64,000 nucleotides of DNA from Marsupella aquatica (Eukaryota > Plantae > Marchantiophyta), in the NCBI GenBank assembly GCA_973895155.1, contig OZ316894.1, positions 6,596,234 through 6,660,233 of the forward strand, read 5' to 3'. Positions within the stretch are counted from its first letter, which is position 1. Every line of letters begins with the position of its first letter. The notes under the pieces were generated by a model. That model had not been told where the DNA came from. It was given only the letters and a program-made list of their open reading frames with translations, and made no database searches. Below, piece after piece: positions 13,232 to 23,190 of the stretch. The translations under genes and the position numbers were made by a program.

Positions 13232-13964
13232 TGACTTCTTGGCACCGAATGATGACAGACTCCATTCAAGTGCATTTTGCGTCATAGTGTCTCAGAGCAA
13301 CAAAGAGGACTTCAGGAGAGGAATATTGTCGCCCGGGTGTTGCTCATCACGGTAGAGACAATCAATATGATGCCAATATATTGCCAACAAGCAATGCACA
13401 TCTCCTCTCTTGCAACAGCTAACAATGCCGTGGCGTACTTGAGGACACTGCAGAGACAAAGCGTGGACGTTCCAAACAATTTTGTATGTTCTAGAACTAC
13501 TCTCGCGATGTTATGCAGGTCTGTACACGATGAGTAAGCCATTGTTGCTTGATTCACTTCATTTCCATAATCCATTGAAGCCTACCTGTTTACATCCTTG
13601 CTGCAAATTCTGTTTTGGATGTATAAACAATCTCCCCTGAAATTGAACCAGATGAGAAGGAACGAAAAGGGTTCGTTTCCGGCCAGTTTACAGCCCGACT
13701 TAGAACGTTAAACGCCTTTTTCTTGGTCTTTCTGACATTTGGAGACCCTATAAAAAACAAATTCAGGTCATAGTCCCCCGGACCCTTCAAAAAACAGAAA
13801 TTAAAAGTTCAACTGCGAAAATAATTTCTGATTTTTATGAAATCAGGCTCGAATTCTCGTCCGCCCAGTAAATCCAAAGTAAGAGTACGTCTTGCTCACC
13901 CCAATTACGACGCAACGTGACACCTCCGTGCAAAGGTATCGCCATAGGCGAAGACAATTCATGT

Positions 13965-14053
13965 CTGCCGGCTGATTAGAAAACATGGACAAATGTGAAT
14001 GACTGCCTGACTGCCGGCTCATTAGAAAACTTGAACAAATGTGAATGACTGCC
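13965..14053. repeat. 46-bp two-copy tandem duplication
   Basis: ctgccggct(g/c)attagaaaac(a/t)tg(g/a)acaaatgtgaatgactgcc occurs twice. Confidence 0.85.
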
Positions 14054-14838
14054 AAGAAAACCGGATCGTCCATTCACGGACAATCGCAAAGTGGCGATTC
14101 TGCCATGATGGCATCAACAAGCATGTAACTTGTCAGCTGCACTTTGCTCGAAGCGTAGCCCTTTCGTGACATGAGTAACTGGTTTTTTGTGTTTGGAAAG
14201 TACTACACCAAATTTCATCAATGTAATAGCACACATTGAACGGGCAGCCCAGGCATGACTTAAGACTTGTTCACACCGGCACCCAATCCGAGCTCATGAG
14301 TACAAGAATCTCAGGACCTTGAAGAAGTCCGCATCCCTCAGAGATGTGCGCGTAAGTCTTAAAACTAGACGGCAAGGATGTGACCATCGTCCAAGTCTCT
14401 CAGGAGCACTCAGTCACAGAAATTATTCTCTAACACCGTGTAACAGTTCACATGAACACGACTTAGAAGCTCGTAGAATGTTGCAACCTTCAAAAACGAT
14501 CGTCATCATCTCAACAACCAAATCTCTAAAAAATGTGATGGTCATCCTGGAACACATGCTCTTTATTGCACACTCGACATCGTTGAATTCATCACTTCTG
14601 TTCTATGTCTAATGTCATAGGGCCTGTGCAGGGAAATTGGGCCCCATCCTGATTACTTCAAAACTATATTTCCACGGCCGTGATTCGAAGAGACCATCGG
14701 AGAATTCTTACCTTCAGCCTCCCGTGTGTCATAGCGCAGGAGTTGGCCCAAGAAACACTCTAAGCGCTTTGAAAAGTCTTCAGTACGATTCTGAATCCTG
14801 TGTATTAAAATAATTTCCCCCGGTCTGATCTTAGTATC

Positions 14839-15312
14839 TTACGCTGCAGTGGGAGTATCAGGCGTGGGAGGCACCGGAGTATCAGGCCTGGGAGGCACCG
14901 GGTTCCAGTAGCCGTAGGGATTCTCTTCATTATCCAGCATGGTTGTGTTCAGGAACTGTTTGTCACCGATCCAAAGGGCATTCACAGTATGGTCATCGCA
15001 AGCCCTGCCCGTGTTGGGATGGACGAGCACAGAATGGCCCCGTCTGTTAACTGTGATCCAGGGAACAAAGGATGCGAATTGATCGGGCGTCTTCAAGTCC
15101 ACCTCGAACATGCCGGTCGGATGGGGCCCGATTGGGTGATCCCAGAACTTATACACTTTCAATTCCGTGAACTTCTGTATAATCTCCTCCCTGAGAGCCC
15201 GGGCCTTTTCGATGTCCGCAGGGTCCGTCTGCCAAAAGTAGATGTGCACATCGTAGGACCTTATCGGTGCCGGAAACTTCTTCACCGAATCCCCGTGTAC
15301 CTCATCAGCCAT
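14839..15312 (-). CDS. DOPA 4,5-dioxygenase family protein (fungal/bacterial type, DOPA_dioxygen family), 157 aa, no intron in the CDS
   Basis: Family motifs YDVHIYF, A.ALRE.I, IGPHP.GMFEV, FVPW...NR.G.SVLVHPNTG and DHT..ALW.G. Open ATG-to-TAA frame with a Pro-rich tail. Confidence 0.9.
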   Translation of the reverse strand: MADEVHGDSVKKFPAPIRSYDVHIYFWQTDPADIEKARALREEIIQKFTELKVYKFWDHPIGPHPTGMFEVDLKTPDQFASFVPWITVNRRGHSVLVHPNTGRACDDHTVNALWIGDKQFLNTTMLDNEENPYGYWNPVPPRPDTPVPPTPDTPTAA

Positions 15313-16162
15313 AATTTATTAGTGTCCTCTCTCCTCTCGTCAATATTTCAACAAACCACCTCGGGTCTGAATCCGTGTCGCAGTGCAATTCGAATATGAT
15401 TGGATTCCAACAACACTTTGCTCTGCCTTTGTCTGATTGAACCTGACGACTGGTCTGCTGGCTTCCCCAAGTATCCAATTTTCTATCTAATCCGAACCAT
15501 TGAGGAGACCCCTGCGTTACGCTTGCTGGGTCTCATGCAGAGAAAACTCTGCCCGTATTTGGAGCCAAGCACTAGGTAGCATTCAAGTATGGATCGGACA
15601 GAGGGAACGAGCAACTAATGTGTCCTCACCTTCTGTGTGCGATCCCCTAGTGTCGTCGCCTTCTGTGTGTGATCGACAGCATCCGATAAGAGGATCGACA
15701 GCATGCGATAACAGGAAGCATTGAATGGGGGGGCCGAATAGGCAGCAATAAGTGGGTTCCCAAGGAATGCTCGCCCTAACCCTTAAATCTGAATCTGCTT
15801 CTGTAGTCTAGTAGCTATGAGCAGAGCTCCTGAAGGGGTCAAAAGTCGTGAATGCTGATTCGATACAGAATCGCACCATGAATGTGGTCAATTTCTTGGT
15901 TGTCTCAAAAAATGTGTTGGCATGACCGAGCAGGTCGCCAAGGGAGACAAAATACACAGGACCAAACGAGGTTAACTTGTGCCCCACGTTTTTGGCTTGA
16001 AAGACTTTTTCATGACACCAACAAAACAGCAGTATACAGCAGAGGTATCCAACATAAGGGGGCCACAGCCCAGGGGAGAGAATGTGGCGATTTATACAAA
16101 GAAGAATTTAATGGGGCCCCTCCTCCATCTTTAGGACTTGACAGAGGCAAAATATGGATTCA

Positions 16163-16292
16163 GTACTTAACCAGGCCCTTTGGACCGTGGGCCGTTACAG
16201 ATACATAAAAGCCAGTAACTCCGCAGCAATAGTGTGTTGGGTCGGCCTCCGCTACACAGGGCAATATTACTTGACTTGGGGCACCACAAAAA
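16163..16292 (+). repeat. dispersed repeat, copy 1 (copy 2 at about 20525-20653)
   Basis: tgttgggtcggcctccgctacacagggcaatattacttgacttggggcaccacaaaa versus tgttgggtccgcctcagctacacaaggcgccactacttgactcagggcgccacaaaa. Both follow an accaggccc motif. Confidence 0.65.
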
Positions 16293-17552
16293 TTACAATA
16301 TGTTACTTTGGATAAATACCTATAGGTATTGGATGATTAAATGAATTCTGTTGGATCTACAAATTGGTTGGTGTGATCACTCACTTTGAAGCTGCCTATT
16401 GAAAAAAGCTGGGACTTTTTGGGCATCTCCAACGCTCGATCTAATATCCTCAAGATTTTACACGTGGGCACTTTTCTTCAGTCATGTATTTCGAAGAAGC
16501 ATAATTATACTTGAACACTTGAATTTGCTTATTTGAAGATAGCTTAGTGTTGGTTCAAACTTTGCTCTACGTGCCTGAAGAAAAGTGCTAGTGTAGATTG
16601 CACTTTGTAAGAAAGGGATTTTTGAGGAAAAGTGGTTGTGTGATTGAGTGATTTGGAGATGTCCCACCTTTTCTTCAGAAAATCCCACCTTTCCTCAAAA
16701 TGTCCCACCTTCGTTCAGGAGATACCTTGAAAGTAAGAGATCATATCAACCAATTTACAGCTCCAACAAAATTTATTTCAAATGTTAAGGTATATCAAAA
16801 ATTAACATTTTGTGGTGTCCTGAGTCGTAATGGGGCCCTGTGTAGTAGCTGTGGCGCACCTAACAAAGACTGCTCCAGAGTTAGTGCATTTTGTAAGCTC
16901 CAGAGTTGGACAGGTGCATTTTAAGTATTTTGTATTTCTATGGCCTAGTGTGAGGGCCTGGCCAAGTTGTGAGTCCATCTTTGGGGTCAGTCAAGTCAAA
17001 GTCAAGTCCTGAAGACGCAGTAGGTGCCCGTTAATTATAAGGTCACTCTGTCTCTGGTAGTGTGTCGTCCGTTTGGTGATGAAGGCACACGGACGTACGA
17101 AATTGCCAGAAAGCAGGGTAGATGGACCGCAAATCAAGCTTCCAGAAGCCTCTGCTTTATGAATTTTTTTTAGCATTGGTCATGGTCGAAGCGTCGCCAT
17201 AACCTTCCCTCGGAATCCAATAATGTGGCTTCCCTTCGATTTTATTGATATGGCGGTCCTTTGGAACACTAGAATTATCCAGCATAAATTTAAGGAAGGG
17301 GTACACTATGCTCCAGCTCTGGAACATAGAATTCAGAATTCGAGATCGTGAGTGGAGTTAATCAGGAACGAGCAGCAAGGCTTCCTGAACAGTCCATCTC
17401 CTTCTTTGGTCGTCCACTGTGCAATCCCGTCTGAGCAGATCCGTGCCGATGACCACCCAGTCCACCAGCTCGTGAGTGAGACGATTCTAAACACTTTTCA
17501 GCCTGAGTATCTCGGCATGAAGCTCAAGGGTTCGGAGTCCCAAGCCACAAGT

Positions 17553-17916
17553 TGTGACAGGATACTCTGTCTTATCGTGTGATCGACTGCTATCTGTTGT
17601 TGAGTTCTCCGGTTACGTATTACTCATGTAATATGCCGCTGGTGTAAGTAGCTGAACTCACCACTTGTTTCTCTGCTTTCCGTTGAAAGGGATTCACGTC
17701 TCTTGTATTTGTATTGTCTCGTTGGTCAGCGAGGTATTAAGATCTATCGCTCCCTCTCTGCGGCATTGTTGAGGAGAACATTTCTAAGTTTGTCTGTCGT
17801 TTATCGTCAAGGAGAAGGCGGGAAAATAAATATCTGTACACATTTTACTTCTCAATCCACTGATGTGTGTGCTCAAGTTTGTTTTCCTTTTGTTTGCTCT
17901 ATTGAGATCGATCACA
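17553..17916. mobile_element. solo LTR (364 bp) with 5-bp TSD, nested in the LINE
   Basis: Starts TGTGA and ends TCACA. Identical CAAGT flanks at 17548-17552 and 17917-17921. It separates the LINE FLWG and GLG motifs. Confidence 0.8.
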
Positions 17917-18357
17917 CAAGTAAATTGGTTTGTGGTTCCATCCCGCTGGAGCCCCCATAGAAAAGTTCTACAGATGATCTCGGGCCTCTTGAAGCCCTAC
18001 GGGAGAAATTCAGCACCGTGAAATGATAAGAGGGAATGTCCCTAAGCACATGCTTGAGCAAAACCAAGCTTCCATCCATTAATAACATGCAATTGCTCCA
18101 ATGACAGCCGACTCCGGAACTTCAATTGTTCGTTTGAAGTTCGGCAAGGGTTGGAGCAAATACAGAAATTCAGTTTCTGCTAAGAGGCGGATATGGTGAC
18201 CTATCGGGCAACCCACGTACGTAATATCTGGCCAGGTGCAGCGACTTTACAGCCCACACTTCTGTGAGTCCAGGCAGGAGTGGGCTGGTCATCCAGCTGT
18301 ATAAGCAGCGACTTATCCATGTTCAACAAAGCTCCTGAGAGTTGCTCATACAGCTTA

Positions 18358-18822
18358 GACTAACAGCATTATTATTCGCAAATTTTAGCCAAAACTTACC
18401 GCAAAATATTTGCTGGCTATTATAGCAAAGAAGAAAAAATAGAAGAATTTCAAAAACCACCAAAATTGGACTTCAATCTGGTGCCACCACTCTTGAGGAT
18501 CACTGGTGTAAATTGCCACTTTCCTCACTCTGACATTTCTCTAATCTGGCCTCCTCCTCACATAACTTGCATGCCAGTCGTCACATGCGACTCAACGTCT
18601 TGAGGCAATGAGGAACCGAATGTCAGGCTTGCGCCAGCAAACACGACTAACTCGACTCCTGCCTGAGTTGATTCAATGTGCACAGATAAACTCGCAGGGG
18701 AGTTCAGGGATGGCGGTCAATTTTGTATGTGAACGGTGGTCTTTGGCATACTTTGCAGGGTGCGGGCATATTGAGGGGCCCGTCCATGGCCACAAACAGG
18801 GTTTTTTACTGCTGGAGATGCC
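18358..18822. mobile_element. about 460-bp insertion in the LINE RT, possibly Tourist/Harbinger-MITE-like
   Basis: Splits FDAARLV from KLYEQLSGA, which are expected to be adjacent. The right end reads GGCATCTCCAGCAGT on the minus strand. The left TIR is degenerate and the TSD is unresolved. Confidence 0.45.
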
Positions 18823-20524
18823 ACCAGTCTGGCAGCATCAAAGTATTCAAAGGTCCCCATCTATAAACGACCGATATCATCCACAAACAACTGATGATTT
18901 GTTGGACCAATCATTCTCTTACTTCTTGAACTCTGCTCCATAAGAAAAACAGTTTTAATTTGGATAGAGCCATGTGAATGAGGCACCTACAGTAGCTTTG
19001 ATGCAGCAAATTTCGCTCTAACACCAGGAAAATTAAATTGGCTAATGATCAAATATTGTTACTAGACAATCTCCCAACAATTAGCAATAACACCCAAACT
19101 AAGATGGACACTACGATGGAATGGATAATCTAATGTGTTACAATTGACACCCGCTGTATGGGAAACCATCTTTTGATTGTTCGCTTCATTGACACTAGAT
19201 TAACATTTGCCATAACATTCATTGTAAGCTTAACGACGCCTTGAGACATTAAATGGTGTGAAGGCGTGCTTTGGGTCCTTGCTTGGGTTTGGCCGGTTTT
19301 GCTCTGGCATTCGTAGGGCTTTGGGCCCGCTTTTGACGTTTTCCCTGCTTTTAGCGACTTGGGTTTTGGAACGGCATTTATCTGATGTTAATTTCGAGTT
19401 TTTGCTAAAAACAGACCAAAAAAAGCTTCAAGGTGGTAACGCGACTGCCTAAAGGTAACACAAACTTCAAGCGTTACCCAAACTTCAAGCATCTTGTCCA
19501 ACTTTATCGGTTACAAGAGCTTTAGTTTCCTCTTGAGAATTGAATGTCCTAAGCAGAGGACCGCACCCTAGACGATCACAACGTTTGACCTCAGGACTCT
19601 GATGGACCAAGCAGGTTTTTGGCGTCAAGACAAAGGAAACCTGTTATCTAAGACAAAAATGTTTCAGAGTGGATGATGCAAGTTGTAGCAATTTTTGGGG
19701 CTGCTTTCTAAACAAATGAATGTGGTTCAGTTTGCCCAAGACAATTATTTCAGAGAAACCATACACAAATGAACGTCGAACGGGTGGAACTTGCATACGA
19801 ATCAGCTGAAAATGAGGGGATGCTCGACAGCCAATTATTCCGTTTGTAACCAGTAAATCCTTTTTAGGCTTGAGATTTGTGTGCGACGCCTTTGTGGTCT
19901 CGGTTTCGTTCAGTGAATTCTGTAATGGAAGTAACTTGTCACAGATGGGTAGGCTTCTTCGCCACGACGTTGATTGAAATTCACATCCCATGCAAAGACT
20001 GTGCTAATCCCACGACGTCATCATGGCCTCCACTTTTTCCCGTCTCAAGTCTCTCTTCGCACATGTCGTTGAGAACTTCGAGCAGACGCTTTATGATTGA
20101 CTATCATTTCTTTCCATGGGGAATCCTACACGACTACGCCCTGGACAGGCTCTCCCGCGACAGTCGATTCGATTGACTATTTTAAACAAGTTTTGAGAGA
20201 AATGAAACTTGCAATCATATCAGACACCAGCTCACTTCGAACGATAAGCATCATGTTACTTAGAGGATGTCCAACCTCATTTCTAGCAAATGCGTTGGGA
20301 TAGAGCCCTTCCAAACTGATTTCATTGAATGGCCGCCTTTGGCCTTTTTGCAAACGTGTTGTGCTAGACAGTACAACGTGTACATCAACATGTACAGCTA
20401 AGCAATTCTTGCCTAAGGGACGCTCACATATCGCCCACGAAAGGACTTAACCAGGCCTTCACAACGCCCTCCAGCATCTTATGGACTTAACGGACCACAA
20501 ATATGCATTCAGGACTCAACCAGG

Positions 20525-20653
20525 GCCAGGTTACCAGGCCCCTTTGACGGTCAGCTGTCAAAAACTTAAAAATGCATGAAGTCAGCTGCAGTCATTGTTG
20601 GGTCCGCCTCAGCTACACAAGGCGCCACTACTTGACTCAGGGCGCCACAAAAC
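20525..20653 (+). repeat. dispersed repeat, copy 2
   Basis: Similar to 16163-16292 in the same orientation. Confidence 0.65.
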
Positions 20654-21502
20654 CTACCAAATAGTCTTCCCTTCTGATATCTATCAGTAATTATCTGATT
20701 TATTTTACGAGGGTTTCATCTCTGTAAATGAATGTCGTTACTACAAGGTGTTGCAAGAAGTTAATGTGGTTTATAAGAAACTCATCTTAACTGTAAAAAG
20801 TAATGATTAATCATTCTTCTTCACATCAAAACCTTTTTGAGCTGAAAACACTACACGACAAACTGCTTTACTTTATTTTTTGGGGCCACTTCTTATAAGT
20901 TTTGTTATCAAAAATATTGTGCTGGATTAACTATGCTGGTCTGTTAGGGAAATGGGAAAGAAATGAAAGTCCAGATGCAGCAGCCTGAAAACATTCATAT
21001 GAGGTGAAATGCTCTGGAAAAAAATGTTTTTTCTTGCTGAAAATGTAAGATAATAACTATGTTTTCTCCACATACTATGTGAAGGGTCCTCTGTTTTGCA
21101 GCCCTGAGCACTCATGTATTGTCAGAAAGGCCTGAATTGGTTTTCTCCACAGAATTTGCTACACTACAACGTGTGAAGTGCCAAAGCCATTGAGTGTACA
21201 TGGTTGTCTTATTCACATTCAGATTTCACAGGGCAGTATTTCACAGATGGTCTAGTTAGACCACAGTTGCCCCTTCAAGAGTTATGGGTTACCTGTAGGA
21301 TCAAGAAAAGAAATTGTGGAGCAGACAGGCAGGATCAAGAAGAAATGAGCCTAATGTGGAAAAAGTGAAAAAAACTGGACACTGCTCCATTATATACGGG
21401 CAGTTGTGGTTTAAATAGCATGTGTAAGGTATTTTCTTTTACCAGGACTGCAACAAGTGCAGGGAGAGTAAGTTGATGCAAGCTTATCACCAGATATGGG
21501 AG

Positions 21503-21898
21503 CCCTGTTTGTAACCACACATCAAAATGTGTTAATATATGGTAGTCACTCATTGGTTTAAAGAAAATAATGAGGGTTATCATAGTATGGAGTGATGTCA
21601 TACACAACCACAAATCAAAATGTGATAATATGTGGTGTACACTCACTGATTTAAAGAAAATAATGAGGATACACAATCACACATCAAAATGTGATAATAT
21701 ATGGTGCACACTCACCTATTTAGAGCAAATAATAAGGGTATCGCAGTATGGAGTGATATCATACACATCAAAATCTCTTAATATATGGTGCGTCCTCATT
21801 GAGTTAAAGAAAATAGTGATTTAAAGAAATTAATGAGGATTATCATAGTGTGGAATGATATCATACGAAATGTCATATTTTAATGTGTAATTACAGGG
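21503..21898. mobile_element. MITE-like element (CCCTG...CAGGG ends) with internal tandem expansion
   Basis: ccctg..taaccacacatcaaaatgtg left end and catattttaatgtgtaattacaggg right end are inverted. The internal unit cacatcaaaatgtgataatatatggtgcacactcactgatttaaagaaaataatgagg occurs about 4 times. Confidence 0.65.
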
Positions 21899-23190
21899 AC
21901 CCATTTGAGAAGACCCGAGACACGATACACTCTGGTCGAACAGAAAAGGCAGGAACGGCACACCATGGAGATTCCTTAGGGGAAGGGCCTGTCGGCCAAG
22001 GTCTCCGTCTCCTCACGTCTTACATCCTTCTGAACCTAATTATCACAGTTCACTAAACGTTTGCACTCCTGTAATTTACACTCTCCTACTCTACCAGGAA
22101 CGATGTGACGTGAATCGTCCGATGACTGCACAGCACTCCATGCGTGCCGACGGAGGGACTGCACTATAGTAAAGCACTGCACCTCTTGATGAGACTGACA
22201 TGCGAGTGTGTCCCTTCGCACACGTTAACACGTAACGTTCTCGCATCTACGAAAGTCACTGTTTGGAAATCCGGGTGGATGGATTTTGGCGGGTTCTTCG
22301 CGCGAGTCGCGAGTTTTGCCAATCAATTCCCGTTTTGCTCTTTAATAAATTATATTCTTGCCAGCGTTCCGGTGCGCCATCGAGTTCCTCGTGACGACCT
22401 AAATTATCTACGGCGATGTCGAGATGAGGAAAACTCGACCAATCAAATTAAAGCTGTTCAGCTTTATTTCGAAGATTTATCCCCCTTACCCCCTGCCGAA
22501 TCTTCCGCTGAGCGTTGAGGATCGGAACTTGGACGCGAGGCTGAAACGTGCTGCCCCTCAACGGCCTCATGACGACGAATGGACACCCATCCATCTCACT
22601 AACGGTAGGTACAGGTCAGTTTTGATTGGTTGGCTGGTGAAGAGGGTGACGACTAGCACTGTCAGCATCCGGATTCGTGAAGGATTCTTTGGAGTTGAGT
22701 GAACCAGCCTCTGATCGATTCGTTTTTGCTATGGCTGGTCAGATACGGAAATATGAAATCTAGAACATGTAAGCTGTGGTTGAACAAGGTCGAAGGTGTG
22801 CACAAGCGAAACCTCGGGTGCTTAAAATGAAAGTCCGCAATCCTTCCAATGATGGAAAATACTGTAGCTGACCACCAGCGCTTCCGTTACCAACTTCACA
22901 AAAGCCTAGATTTACACGTGAAGCTTGTGACCGAAGTGCTACAGAAATCTGCGGACCCCGGGAACTGAAACTGCCTGTTCACAAGATTGTCCATCCCTCA
23001 TTCGATAGCAACAAAATCTGCACGGACAACATTCCCTGTCCGAAAAATGCCCTAATCTAGGATGAGATACGAAGATTGACACGGTGAACAGCGAGAACAC
23101 TCCCGGATGGCAATCACGACACTGCTTCCACTATCGTCATGAAAATTTCCGTTGCATTACATTTCGTTGCAGAAACATATATTTTGCGAG

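Larger units (their letters stand above)
17250..18945 (-). mobile_element. decayed non-LTR retrotransposon (L1-like LINE) ORF2 reverse transcriptase fragment
   Basis: Minus-strand peptides HQLFVDDIG (FADD box, 18876-18896), LYEQLSGALLNMDKS, TYVGCPIG (about 18199-18222), HWSN..VLLKHVLRDIPSY, CRTFLWG and GLGLRTLELHAEILRL...WTVQEALLL, with stops, frameshifts and two insertions. Confidence 0.8.

Noticed and set aside
14989-15399. 136-aa ORF antisense to the DOPA dioxygenase
   Set aside because: Shadow ORF with no motifs.
16421-16664. GGGCATCTCCAA / TTGGAGATGTCC Tourist-like TIR pair
   Set aside because: Only an 11/12 match, no TAA/TTA TSD and no second full copy seen.
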